Source: Thraustochytrium aureum (taxonomy: Eukaryota). Taken from it: DNA of 20,000 bases. The translations under genes and the position numbers were made by a program. The notes beneath the pieces are model-generated. The model had not been told where the DNA came from, ran no database searches, and saw nothing but the letters and a program-made list of their open reading frames with translations. The stretch lies in assembly GCA_012862495.1 (NCBI GenBank), contig BLSG01000316.1:143313-163312 (forward strand), given 5' to 3'. Below, piece by piece: positions 1-11,109 of this stretch (position 1 is its first letter; every line of letters begins with the position of its first letter).

Positions 1-420
1 GATTCCGTCCAGGCTGCCGCGGCTCCGCCCGATGAGCCGCTTCAGCGCGTCTACGAGGTCGCCGCGCACGCGGCAGCACATGCAGCCGTTTGGCATGAGG
101 ACCACTTCGTCCGCGGCGTCCAGCGCGCCTCGAGCCGCGCTGCTCTCCGCGATGAGCAGGTCGTCAACGGATTGTTCTCCGACTTCGTTTTCAATCACTG
201 CTAGCCGCAGCTTCGGATCGCTTGACCGGAGCAGCTTGTTGAGCGCGGTGGTCTTGCCGCTCCCGAGGAACCCCGTCAAGATCGTGCAAGGCCTCCGTTG
301 GCCGCGCAGCTGGTCGCAGCGTTCAGCCGCCACCTTGTCACTGAGCGACCATGTCGCAGTAGCCTGGCCGTCATCACCCGCGGCACTCTCCTGCCGCGCC
401 TTCTCGCAGAACCGGCACAT
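1..420 (-). CDS. cobW: COG0523/CobW-family (ZNG1/CBWD-like) G3E P-loop GTPase metallochaperone, 5' part; runs off the left edge of the window
   Basis: My translation from ATG 420: MCRFCEK...RPCTILTGFLGSGKTTALNKLL...LAVIENEVGEQSVDDLLI...EVVLMPNGCMCCRVRGDLVDALKRL...LDGI. It contains Walker A GFLGSGKTT, the NE(F/V)G motif and the diagnostic GCxCC metal-binding motif. An in-frame TGA at 435-433 bounds the start. Confidence 0.95.
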   Translation of the reverse strand, partial: MCRFCEKARQESAAGDDGQATATWSLSDKVAAERCDQLRGQRRPCTILTGFLGSGKTTALNKLLRSSDPKLRLAVIENEVGEQSVDDLLIAESSAARGALDAADEVVLMPNGCMCCRVRGDLVDALKRLIGRSRGSLDGI

Positions 421-493
421 GACGCCCGCCCGTCACAAGGCCAGGCACACGAGCCTTTGACCACGTCGTCGGCGCCGCGACGACGCAGCCCTG

Positions 494-696
494 NNNNNNN
501 NNNNNNNNNNNNNNNNNNNNNNNNNNNNNNNNNNNNNNNNNNNNNNNNNNNNNNNNNNNNNNNNNNNNNNNNNNNNNNNNNNNNNNNNNNNNNNNNNNNN
601 NNNNNNNNNNNNNNNNNNNNNNNNNNNNNNNNNNNNNNNNNNNNNNNNNNNNNNNNNNNNNNNNNNNNNNNNNNNNNNNNNNNNNNNNNNNNNNNN
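494..696. other. Assembly gap (N run)
   Basis: Run of N characters. Confidence 1.
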
Positions 697-1038
697 CCTG
701 CCTGTTGTCGGCCCTGCAGCGCAGCCCTGCCTGCGTCCACTGCTGCTGCTGCTGCTGCGTCCATTGCAAGTCGTCCATTTGTGCCATTTCCACTTGGAAG
801 AGCCGCCCTTCCCGGCTCCACAGTTAGGTCAAGAGTCCAAAGCTACCAGCTTTCAATAGCTTGTGACTGTGGGGAGAATACGCCTTAATGCAGGCATTTG
901 CGGGCGCCAGTGTAAGAGGGGTACGGGGGGTGATTAAGGCGGTTGTGGGCTCTGGAAAAGCGGGAAAGCACTGGCGCTGAGATGGCAGTGACGCAGTGCC
1001 GGTGGCGTGCGGTGCGGACCAATGTGGAAGTGCGTGCG

Positions 1039-1105
1039 GCAGACCCCGAACGACTCAGCAGCGCCAGCACCAGAAGACCAAGACGTGGCCAGCCTCGAAC
1101 GCGCC

Positions 1106-1141
<36 letters not shown>

Positions 1142-1420
1142 TGCAGCAGCAGGAGCAGCAGGAGCCGGTCGACCCCGAAGCGATTGTAGCAGCAGAAGCA
1201 CCGCAGACGAGCACGCGAACGCTACTGCAGCAGCAGCAGAAGAAGAAGAAGAAGTAGAAGACCTCGCTCTAGCAAAGGAGCAGCAAAAGCAGCAGCGGAA
1301 GGAGAAGAAGCTTGCCTCGAACGCACTTGAAGCTGCCGAAGCAGACCTCCAACGCAGCACCAGCAGCACCAGCAGCACCAGCAGACCCCGAACGCAACAG
1401 TGGCAGCAGCAGGAGCTGTA
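1039..1420 (+). repeat. CAG/GCA-rich low-complexity region with (CAG)10 and a duplicated 14-mer
   Basis: (CAG)10 at 1111-1140; CAGCACCAG-type repeats at about 1355-1385; GCAGACCCCGAACG at both 1039-1052 and 1381-1394. Confidence 0.85.
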
Positions 1421-1498
1421 GAGTCGGGCGAACAGGGTTTGCAGGCGCTCCAGCTCTGGGGGCTGTGGCCTGAAGGAGCGAGACAAGAGTGACAGTGG

Positions 1499-4400
1499 AT
1501 GAAGCGCGAGAATGGAGGCGCAGAGCGAGGCGGAAGGCAACGCAGACGGCGCGAGACTGGCGATGTCGAGGGCGCGGACGGCGCGTCGCAAACGCCACGG
1601 ACAGAACCTGTGGAAGAGGACGTAAAGGGCGGGGAAACGAAACGTGGTGCAAGAGCGTCTGAGAGCGCCGCGGGTCGCGCGGACGGCGTCGACGATAATG
1701 ATGACGAGGTGGAAGAGGATAACGAGGAGATCGACGACGAGGAAGAGGACGACGACGACGACGATGACGACGAGGACGAGGACGAGGAGGAGGACGAGGG
1801 AGCAATCGCCAGAGATGGGCCAAGCACCGGCGAGACAGGCGCAGGCGAGGCCAGCCAGTTTCTCGAGGAGCTTGTTGCTGACGTGATGAAACTAGGCGGA
1901 GTCTCTACCTTTGAGATCGGGACGCGTCTCGACATAAACGACCCTGACGCGACTCGCGCCATCGCTGCCATGGATGAGCTCGCCTCGCGACTAGAGGAAA
2001 TGGAACTCGACTACCTGTCTCGAGCAAAGTGCTGCCCGATGATCAATATGCGCGAAAAGGCGTCGATCGGGTACGCGATGAGCGTTCTAGAGGGCGAAGA
2101 GGCGCTTCCAGAGATCTTACAGGCCTGCATCTCTGACGCATGCCCCACTCTGCGGAGCAACCTCAAGGTCAAGAACGCCGCACTCCACTTGCTCAATGCG
2201 ATTCTGGCGCCGAACGAGGCGTACGGATACGCCCCAGTGTATGGCATGGTGGACCAAGTGGTGAGCTACCAGGTACTTCTTGCGTACGCGTACGGGGACG
2301 CTTTCCTCTTCGACAAACAGCAGTCGAGCGAGCTCTTGCGCAAGAGCTCGACGACGCCAACGATCCTGCGCAAGCGCGCCCAGCAGCACCAGGGCCGCGT
2401 CGAAGACGAAGTGGCCCGCCAAGTGATCAAGTGGTGGAGCGAGGATCCCGCGCAGGCGCGCCTGCTCCGCGAACGGGCCACGTCGCTGCTTGCTGTTTAC
2501 GTTTATATCGACAAGAGCGCTGCAGAGTACGTAATGGAGCACCACATTGAACGCGCCATCCATGTCGCGTTCCCGCGCGTGCTCCTGACTCGGATTCGCA
2601 AAGAGCTCCTCCCAAAGTACCAGAAGGACGTCGGCGCACCCGCGGTTAAGCCGCTGTCGCGCAACTCGAAGCAGCGCGCCTCGCGCTCGCGCCGCGGCCC
2701 GCGCAGTGCAGCCCCACCAACCGCTAGCCAAGCTACCTTGCGGCAACGCCAAGGGGAGCAGAATCAAGGCAAGCAAAAAAGGGTAAAGCCCAGGTGCAGG
2801 CCAAAGACGAGGACGACGGGGCAGACGCAATCGCTGCGGCGGTTCAAAGATATGCGGCGCACAACGCCGAGTTGCGCGGCGCGACGAGGATGATCGGGAT
2901 GCTTGCAACGCACAACACTGGAATTGTTCGCCCTGTCCTACAGGAGAACGGGCTGAAAATGATCGCGCAGATGCTCAACCACGGCCACCAAGACACGCTC
3001 TTGGCGTACGAAGCGCTACTTACGGCGTCCAACCTCGCCGTGCAGCCAAAGTTCGCAAACGAGTTTATTGACAGGGGCACCGTGCGACTCTTGCTGGACC
3101 TCGTGCAAACGACAAAGTCGCCCCAGTTCATCGACCCCGGTGTCTCGTTCTGCCTCTCGACGCTGGCCATGTTTGCGGTGGACAAGCTTTGCCAGCTCCC
3201 CTCTGCGCAGCTCAAGCAAGCGAACAAGCTCCATGTCAAGCTGCTCTGCGACGAGCAAGACTTGTCACGGATCAACGCGCTCGTGTACTGGGGCTCTGCG
3301 CTCAAGTGCCCGATGAACCTGAAAATGTTTGACAGCATGGACGGCCTCCAACATTTGCTGAACGCACTCGCCGACCCCGTGGCTGCCATGTCTTCAATGA
3401 AAGTCGAAATCCTCGTGCAGCGGATCATGGTCACTCTTGACACGTACTTTCGAGTGCACGCAGCAGTTGCGGCCCACCTCGTCCAGAATGAGCTGGCTGC
3501 TGAGGCCCAGCTGGCCCACGTCAACCGCAGCGTTGGAAATCGGGGCACTGCGGCCCCGCACCAGGCTAGTGGGGGCGCCCAGGCGCAGACCGGTGCGCCG
3601 GCGCAAATGCAGCGCAGTGGCAATGCCGCGCATTCCACTGACGGGTTGTCGCACTTGCAACCGCGTTTGCGCAGCTCGAGCATCGGGAGCTTGAGCAGCT
3701 TGGGCAGCTCCGCGAGCCGAACAGCGCGCGCGAGGCATCTGCCGGAAAACCAGCCGATCGAGGTGGACGCGGTGGCCCACGAAAACACGATGAATATCCT
3801 TCAGGCCAACCGGGACACAGCGATGCGCATTTTGACAAGAGCGCACTGGCGGCCAGTCGAGTCACTGCTTGCGTATAGGCTGCCGGAGCCAACAGAGTGG
3901 GACGGTGCCCCGCCGCCTCGCGAGCAGCATGACCGCGCCCCGGCGCTTACCATGCTTTTGCAGGTCATACACCACACGTCGAGCATGGAGGTGCCGCGGT
4001 CCAACTTTGTAAACTCTGCCCTCGAGGCCCTGCACGTTTTGCGAATTGTCACGCTTTTGCCGCACACCTATCAGCTGGTCTGCGAGGCATCTGTTCCCGC
4101 CGCATATTCTCCGCTCGGCGGGGACGTGGCGGAGATGTGGGCGTTCGGCGTGGACGAGGACGAGGACACCGTGCACGGGATCACGGTGCTTCTCGAAGTC
4201 GCGGTGGGCACGTTTGAGGCACGGGACGCCTCACTCATAGTCAACGCGCTCCAAGTGCTGTGCAACTGCTGCACACCGAGCATGGGCGACGACCGCGCAC
4301 AGCGGCCCGTCCGCCGCCTTGCTCGGCACAACAACGCTCTCATGACGCTCCTTGCGCTCTTGCGGTACAACGAAACGCCGCGCCACGCAGACTGGATCAG

Positions 4401-6981
4401 GTACTTGGCCTGCCTCGCGCTGCACGGGCTGGCCAACGACCACCACGTCGCGCAGGTGCTCGAGACGCTCAACATCACGCAAGCGCTTACGAAGATCGCG
4501 CGATCCGAGCCCGTGCTGGTCGAGAACAAGCGCATTCACAAGCGACTGAAACGTGAGGCGCTCAAGCTCATCGAGCACATCTCGGGCGCCTGCAAGACGA
4601 CCGAAACGCGTGCCATTATCGGCGACGTCGCAGACGCGACCAACAAACGGCTCTTGCGCAACTCGATCGTGGAGCGCACCGAGATCTGTTTTGATTCTCG
4701 CGAGCTGTTGCTGCTGATCCAGGACCACCTCAAGGACCGCGGACTGAAGCGCGCCGCAGCTGTGCTCGGCGAAGAGGCCAAGGGCCTGCAGCAAACGGAC
4801 GCTCAGGCGGGGCGGAAATCCGGGACCCCGAAAGGCGCTGGCAAGAAGCGGCTTCCGTGGCCTGCACGGTTTCTAGTCGGCAAAAATGCGCCTCGGGGCC
4901 GCTTTGGGTTCCTGAAGACTGCTCCGTCGATCCGGCTGCCGCTTGTAGAGCAGTCTGGCGCGGAGCTCGCAACGCCGATGCGCAAGCGAACCGCAAGCGG
5001 CGGGCCCGTCCCGGGGCCTTCCGCTCCGAGGGTGCACGGCTCTGCAGCCGCGGTGGCTGCGGTGTTGACGCCTTTGGCATCGGGGCGAGCTCGCAAGGCG
5101 GCGCAGACGCCCCGCAGGGAGCGCACCGACGCAGGATCAAGCGCAGCCATCGGCGGTGGCTCAACGGCCAAGCGGCGGCGCCTCAATGCCGCCTCTCAAG
5201 GGCACGGGCAAGGACAAGGACTGGAGTCTCCCGCGTTCTCCCTCGCCGGCGCCGAAAATGGTGCCGAGCCGCTGCCGTTGTCGATAGGCGTGATGTCAGT
5301 CAGCCGGGTAGCGGAAACGGCAGTCGCTGGGAGCGAGGCAACGGGCAGCGAGGGGGTGTCGCCGGCTCGCGTTTTGCACTCGAGCTCGGGCCCCTGCACT
5401 GGACTTGAGCGCATCGTGCAAGACTACCTGCGTGAACAGCATCGCAAGTGCCTCGACCCCGTGACGATCGTGCCGCCCTTCTCCTTGGTGGGCAAGCAGC
5501 ACCAATGTGTTCCCGACAATAAGCTGCGTACGCGTGAGGCGCCGACTAATTTGCTTCGCCGGCTCCTCCAGCGCGAGTTGAGCGGGACACAGCACGGCGG
5601 CCTCGGAGGCCTCGCGCAGGACGTGCGGCTCGTGCATGGCCGATCTACGTGCGTGCGGTCCTTCCGCAATATCACGCAAAACGAAACGGGCGGCGCCGAC
5701 GGGGCCGCGGACGCTGTTCCTGACGAGAGCGAGGTGTCCGACACGTTCAGCTCGGTGACATTTCTGCACCACTCGAGCGACTACGAGGACCTCATCCTCG
5801 GCACGAGCGCCGGCGACCTCGTCCTGCGCAACACGCACACGTGCCACACTATGGCCAAGTGGCGCGTGCACGAGAAGCTTGTAAGCAGCGTGGCAGTCAC
5901 CCCGGACGGCACCCGCGTTCTTTCCTGTGCAGCCGACGCCGGCACGGTTGCGCTGTCTCGGCTCCCGACGACGGTAGTGCGAGCTTACGGCGACACGTCG
6001 GCGGACGAGCTTGCCGAGGAGCGCCCGTACAATTGGCACGTCCGAAAGCGCAACCGGCAGGAGGACGAACTGGTTACATTGTGGCAGGACACCAACATCG
6101 CGGACGTGGAGCTGGACCGGCTGGGTACGCGGGTAGTTGCTACGCTGCTCAACCCCGAGCACGACGGTCACGAGCACGCGGCCGTAGTTTACGATCTGGC
6201 TACTGGGGAGGAGGTCGCCAAGCTGGTCGACACCAAACTGTCCAGTCGTTACTGGTGGCATCGCGCGAGCTTTGCGCCGCACGGTAGCACGACGGTCTTG
6301 CACGACGGCCTGCTCTGGGACGTTCGGTCAAAAAAGGTCGTCCACAAGTTTGACAAGCTTTCCGAGTGCGGGCGGTGCACGTTCAAGCCTGATGGGACGC
6401 AGGTTGTGATCGACGCCTCGGTGTGGGACATGCGCACCTTTAAGCTTTTTGCGACTTGCTCTGCGTTCGAGGCCTCGGTTGTGCTCTTCGACGCCAACAG
6501 CACGGTGGCGTACAGCTACCGTCCCGACCTGGGCCAAGAGGACAACGACAAGTACTTGTCCTCTTACAACGTCGTTGACGTGTCCAACTACTCCACGATC
6601 ACCACAAACGAGATCGATCCGTACACGATCGAAGGCATGGCGCTTGATCCGACAGGCCAAAAGCTTGCCGTCATTACTGACCGCAACGTGATTGACGAGG
6701 AGGAGTGGGCTGGCAAGCAGCGCGCGTGCCGCTTGTACGAAATCGGCCGCCAGTGGACCGTGGACGACACAGAGCTGAACCAAGAAAACGAAGACTCGGA
6801 CGAGGAAGATAGCTCCACAGACGACGACGAGGACGAGGACGACGACGACGAGGGCGGGTTTGGAAATGGCGCGTTCGGTGACAGCAACGACGAGGATGAC
6901 GAGGACGACGAAGACTTTTTCTACCGCATCATCGGATCGTCGGGTTCGTCCGGCGAGGAGAGTGCTGCTGCGTCGGATTGA
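1499..6981 (+). CDS. DCAF1: DCAF1/VprBP, substrate receptor of CUL4-DDB1 E3 ligase (about 1800 aa); split between ORF 1499-2893 and ORF 2794-6981 by a frameshift or intron near 2640-2795
   Basis: The 3' ORF has ARM-like helices, a LisH motif (ELLLLIQDHLKDRGLKRAAAVLGEEA), the DCAF1 signature LERIVQDYLREQHRKCLDPVTIVPPFSL..HQC, a WD40 region with two WDxR motifs (LWDVRSKKVVHKFDK, VWDMR) and an acidic tail. The 5' ORF resembles the DCAF1 N-terminus (MDELASRLEEMELDY; NAALHLLNAIL; VIKWWSED...RATSLL). Confidence 0.92.
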
Positions 6982-7131
6982 GTGTTTGAGCCTCGAGCGA
7001 CCGAAACGCAGCTTTTGATGGTTGGTTGTCCCTCGCGTTCTTGGGTTGACTAAGGAGAAGAAGACCTTGAAGAATAGCTGCTTTGAACAGATTGTTTTGT
7101 TTTCACTTGAGAATCAAAGAATCGTGACACT

Positions 7132-7260
7132 ACGCGATGATGGCGTGACTCCTGTTGATGTGATCCATGGTGACGAAGACCGAGACCCCCTGTAGGGCCC
7201 GGACTCTCAACCGAAAGTCCGAAGATGACGAAGAGCCGGACGAACGATGGCCCTGCGATG
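7132..7260 (+). repeat. Degenerate dispersed repeat, copy 1 (copy 2 at about 16211-16328)
   Basis: CCGGACTCTCAACCGAAAGTCCGAAGATGACGAAGAGCCGGACGAACGATGGCCCTGCGATG aligns with CCGGACTGGCAACCACAAAAGCTCTGAAGATGGCGAAGAGCCTGCGAAGGATGGCCTTACGATG. Confidence 0.7.
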
Positions 7261-7706
7261 ATCAAGAAGCCCTCCGTCTCGTTCAGCGTACCAGCGGAGT
7301 GAGACACACCACCGCTTGGACTATAGATCATGAGCACGGACGTCTCGTGTCAACACAGCAAGGCTGTCATCCGTCAAGTTTTGCGTCCTCTGGATACCTT
7401 TGACTCGCATTTGGCTGCTGGTCCTTTGGGGCAAGCCTGGTTCCACCTTCTCCAGCGAACCGCCTCCGTGGCGCAGCGAGGCGACTTTGTTGGTGCTGCC
7501 TGACCTGATGATAGGTTCGGCAGCGCCGTTTCTTTCGTCTCCCGTAGCGTACCGGTATGTAGCGCGAGGTGGAGTAGAGGAGGTATCACCTAACCGCAGA
7601 ATCAGGCGTGAACCTTGACACGTCATCCGGTATGTTGCCGAACCTGCAGGCGAAGAAGGGAAAGTAGAAACCCTATTTGGCAATACGCTAGTAGAGACTT
7701 GTTTCG

Positions 7707-10298
7707 TTAGACTTGCTGAACCGTGCCAGACCGAACGGCGGCCGAAGCCGAGTCTTCAGAGTCGCGACGGAGGCCAAACTCAATCCCATTCTGCGAGTTG
7801 TCATCGTCGTTCGGGTCAAAGTTGCGCGCACCAGCCTTGGGGTTATGCTTGAGCGCCTCGCGGTTACGCTTGATCGTGCAAAGGAGCACGGCGACAACGA
7901 GAAGAGCGACCAAGCTGAAAAGGCCAACAACCAGGGCAGCAATTGCGATGGCGCGAAGCGACTCGTTAGAGCTCTCCATATCAGCCAGGCGGCTCTCAAG
8001 CGAAGAGGCATCGATGGCTGCAGCCTCGGCAATGCGGGTGTTGGCGGCGACAACCTTGTCTGTGTTGGAGCGCTTGAACGCCTCGAAGCTGCTGCGCTTG
8101 CCGCTGATCACCCACGGCTGAGCTCCGCTGTAAGCAACGGGCGCTGCGATCGAGTCCTCAAATGTGAACGGAACGACCTCGTCCGGGAGCTCGAGCGCGT
8201 TGAGGGCCTCAACGGCCATGGTACGCACGTTTTGGGGGAGCGGGGAGAAGCTGTATGCGATGCTCATGTCCTGGCCACGGCCGACGAGGTCCGAGATCAC
8301 GTACTCGATGAACGCCTTCAGGAGGCTCGCCGATGTTCCCATCGCGGTGAGGTCTTTGCGCACATAAATGTACGACACGAGCACAATTGGCCAGGCCTCA
8401 GGAAGCTTGGTGTTGACGAGCGAGACGTGCGAAATGTCGTCGAAGAGAGAGTTGACATTCTCGGCAAAAGCGCCACCAGCGGCCTGGATAGCCGGCAGCT
8501 TGGGGCGGACCGTCTTGCCGGCAGCATTGACCAAGCTCGCCTCCGTAAGAAAGATCGGGACAGCGTGGCCCACCGAGAGATAACCGATAGAGTACTCTTT
8601 GCTCTCCAGGTACCGCATGACCCCGCCCGAGCCGGACGCGGGCTGGCTCTCGCAAGTTGTCTTGGTGTCGCAAGGCCAGTCAATCGCCGAGCCAACATGC
8701 TCTATGCCCCAAACGCTGGGGCAGCTCGCGTGCAGCCAGGAAGTGACACCGGAGGTGCTGCTCGAGCCCTGGATGCGGTGCGTCGTGAAAATCTCCTTGT
8801 CGACGCCCTTGAGGAAGTCGTTGCGGCCATCTCGGGCCAGCTGGCTCCAGCGCGTGATCGAGCCAGTGTAAATCTCTGCAACATCGCAGCCAGTCAGAGC
8901 AAACTCGCGATCACTGTGCGAGATCGAGTGCAGTTCGGGCAGGTTGACAAACATCGCGACTGCGCCGAACGCGAACGGGATCTGTGCAACGTCGCCGTGG
9001 ATCTGGTTGTACTGCGCGGTGCTCAGCGGCAGATCGGCGCTGGCGAACTGGTTGAGGGGCAGGAAAGCGCTCTCCTCGTTGCCAATGAACTCCTTCTGGC
9101 CCGTTCCAGAACCGACTGCGCGGTAGGTCATCTTGACCGGGATTCGGAGCATGGTCTCGAACTTATCCATTACCTCGTAAAAGAGGTACTCGGGGTTAGT
9201 GGTCCCCGAGCCGTGCAGGGTGACAGTCGGCATGCTGTAGATCCCAGAGGTCAGCACGAAGGCCTCCACAGACTTGAGAACGACGGCCATACCGTCCTGT
9301 GCTGACTCGTCCGGCATCTGGCCACCAAAGAGGATGACCATGTTGCCGGCCGAGGCACCCTCAAAGCGGTGGCGCGCGTCTGGGAGCTTGCCGCCGTGGT
9401 GCCAGCGCTGCGCGACAGGGTTGAAGACCTCGATGAGATCGGTGCCGTTCCCGCCTCCTAGGTCGCCGCCAAAAACATACAGCTTGTTGTCCAGGACCGC
9501 GACCGCGCGGTCGCCACCTGCGACGTCCGCCGGCAAGGGATGGGTCTCGAAAGAAACACCGTTAAAGGTCTCCATAGAAGCGATCGCGGCATAGCCGGCG
9601 TTGGCGTCGAAACCGCCGATAATGTAGATGGTCTCGCCAATGGTGGCCACGCGCGCATCACCGCGGTGCTGCTTCAGGGCAGGCCCGTTATCGGTCATCT
9701 GGTCAGCTGTATCAATGACGTAGGTGGCAACGCTCGCAGAGTAGTTTTTCTCGATCAGGTAGCCTCCAGTGAACATGATTCGGTCATCGCGAGTAGTGAA
9801 AGCCACACCGTCGGAAATGCCCTCGGGAAGCTGGACGCCGCCAAGCTCGCTCCAGGTCTCGGTCTCCACGTCGAATACCTCCACCGTGGTAATCGGCTTG
9901 TCACCAGTCGTCAGACCGCCAATCACGTAGACCTTTGGCGCGCCGCTGGGGGAAACCCGCAGAGTTGCGCTGTGGCGGTACCGGCTCGCCGAAAGACCAG
10001 ACGGAAGGAGCGTGAGCTCATCCGTGGACGGCGTGTAGATCCAGGACTCGGCCGAGATGAGCTTGCACTCGGCATACAGCGCTTGCTTGGAGTCTTCGCA
10101 GCCGCCGACAAGCAGCACGCGGTCTTCCGCGAGCGTCACGACGGACATGTCGCTCAGCGGCTGGTCCATATCCTTGAGCCTCTTAAAGGCGTGCTCCAGC
10201 GGCGCCGAGAATACAAAGCTCGAATCAGCCGCGTTCGCCCCCGCCGCCCAGACCGCGACGCCGGCCAGCGCAGCCCTCATCGCACCACCGAGAGTCAT
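7707..10298 (-). CDS. Type-I membrane protein: signal peptide, Kelch beta-propeller, PstS-like phosphate-binding domain, short coiled coil, TM helix, cytosolic tail (about 863 aa)
   Basis: Signal peptide MTLGGAMRAALAGVAVWAAGANA (ATG 10298 or 10280). Kelch repeats with GG dyads (VLLVGG, VYVIGG, IMFTGG, IYIIGG, LYVFGG, VILFGG) at about 10140-9260. PstS motifs LHGSGTTNP, YRAVGSGTGQKEF, FASADLPL, HRIQGSSST, SIGY and WPIVLVSYI at about 9228-8190. TM AIAIAALVVGLFSLVALLVVAVLLC at about 7955-7875. Confidence 0.9.
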   Translation of the reverse strand: MTLGGAMRAALAGVAVWAAGANAADSSFVFSAPLEHAFKRLKDMDQPLSDMSVVTLAEDRVLLVGGCEDSKQALYAECKLISAESWIYTPSTDELTLLPSGLSASRYRHSATLRVSPSGAPKVYVIGGLTTGDKPITTVEVFDVETETWSELGGVQLPEGISDGVAFTTRDDRIMFTGGYLIEKNYSASVATYVIDTADQMTDNGPALKQHRGDARVATIGETIYIIGGFDANAGYAAIASMETFNGVSFETHPLPADVAGGDRAVAVLDNKLYVFGGDLGGGNGTDLIEVFNPVAQRWHHGGKLPDARHRFEGASAGNMVILFGGQMPDESAQDGMAVVLKSVEAFVLTSGIYSMPTVTLHGSGTTNPEYLFYEVMDKFETMLRIPVKMTYRAVGSGTGQKEFIGNEESAFLPLNQFASADLPLSTAQYNQIHGDVAQIPFAFGAVAMFVNLPELHSISHSDREFALTGCDVAEIYTGSITRWSQLARDGRNDFLKGVDKEIFTTHRIQGSSSTSGVTSWLHASCPSVWGIEHVGSAIDWPCDTKTTCESQPASGSGGVMRYLESKEYSIGYLSVGHAVPIFLTEASLVNAAGKTVRPKLPAIQAAGGAFAENVNSLFDDISHVSLVNTKLPEAWPIVLVSYIYVRKDLTAMGTSASLLKAFIEYVISDLVGRGQDMSIAYSFSPLPQNVRTMAVEALNALELPDEVVPFTFEDSIAAPVAYSGAQPWVISGKRSSFEAFKRSNTDKVVAANTRIAEAAAIDASSLESRLADMESSNESLRAIAIAALVVGLFSLVALLVVAVLLCTIKRNREALKHNPKAGARNFDPNDDDNSQNGIEFGLRRDSEDSASAAVRSGTVQQV

Positions 10299-10393
10299 CC
10301 TCACCTTCCTTGCCTCCTCCACGCCCACCACCGGCGACCAATGACGTCTTGCGAGGCTGATACAGAGCCCACGCGTGGACCAGGTCGCCGCCC

Positions 10394-10394
<1 letters not shown>

Positions 10395-10430
<36 letters not shown>
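10395..10430. repeat. (CCTG)9 microsatellite upstream of the Kelch-PstS gene
   Basis: Perfect tetranucleotide tandem. Confidence 0.95.
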
Positions 10431-11109
10431 ACTTCCTCTGCGTGCTCGGATGCGTTGGGGCTCTGCCTGCCTGTCTGCCGGTCTGCCTGGAGTGTCGCCG
10501 AGTCGGTCTGTTTCACGACGACGCGTCCACGCCATTCGCACAGGCGCGCCGCTCTGCGCTGTCGCCGCGTGAGACAGGCAGTCCACCGCCACCTATTCCA
10601 TGCGGCGAAAGATCACAAGTGCGCGCCCGCGAGGCTCACGGTGCAGGTACGATTTACAAGACAGCGCGCACGAAGGCAGTGTGTAGTAAATGGATGGGAC
10701 GGGTCTTGTGCGGGCAAGGCGAGTGCGCGCGCGTTTCGGCGAAAAGTGGGCGGCTTTCAGCCACCAGCCAAACTTGTGACTTGTTCTTGATCTCCATGTG
10801 ATCTTTGATGACAAAGAGGAAGGCACTGGTGGCACACGAAAGAGATCGACTGCGGGTTTGGAAGTGAGCTTTGGCCGGACAAGGGTCGCGCCCTGACGGC
10901 TTTCCTGCTTTTGTGGCTTTTGTGTGTCAAGAATTCGAAGTTTCATTTCGTTCAACTTTTGGAGGCTGTTCGCGCCTTCGGTCGCTTTTTGACGCAGAGC
11001 AAGAAGCGCGCTGTGCGTCGCGGCGCACCAACCACATCGAGTAGATTCTGCTGCTGTCTTTGGTGGGCCGTGTCGCTGACGGCTCGGACCGACGGTCGTT
11101 TGCGGCTAC

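Noticed and set aside
1039..1420. CRISPR-like array
   Set aside because: The repeats are microsatellite-like without regular unique spacers; eukaryotic context and no cas genes.
2774..2781. Canonical -1 programmed frameshift heptamer A_AAA_AAG
   Set aside because: The heptamer is phased in the downstream frame, not the upstream ORF frame (CAA AAA AGG), so it does not fit the standard tandem-slippage model.
2783..2793. 11-nt GTAAAGCCCAG micro-intron that would restore the DCAF1 frame
   Set aside because: Shorter than any spliceosomal intron I know of; an indel or a longer intron is more plausible.
7713..9305. 530-aa plus-strand ORF, and 9540-10790 (416 aa)
   Set aside because: Antisense shadows of the well-supported Kelch-PstS gene; no motifs, and expected in GC-rich coding DNA.
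10299..10592. N-terminal extension of the 961-aa ORF (RQAGRQAG...)
   Set aside because: Translated (CCTG)n microsatellite upstream of the signal-peptide ATG, with a non-ATG start.
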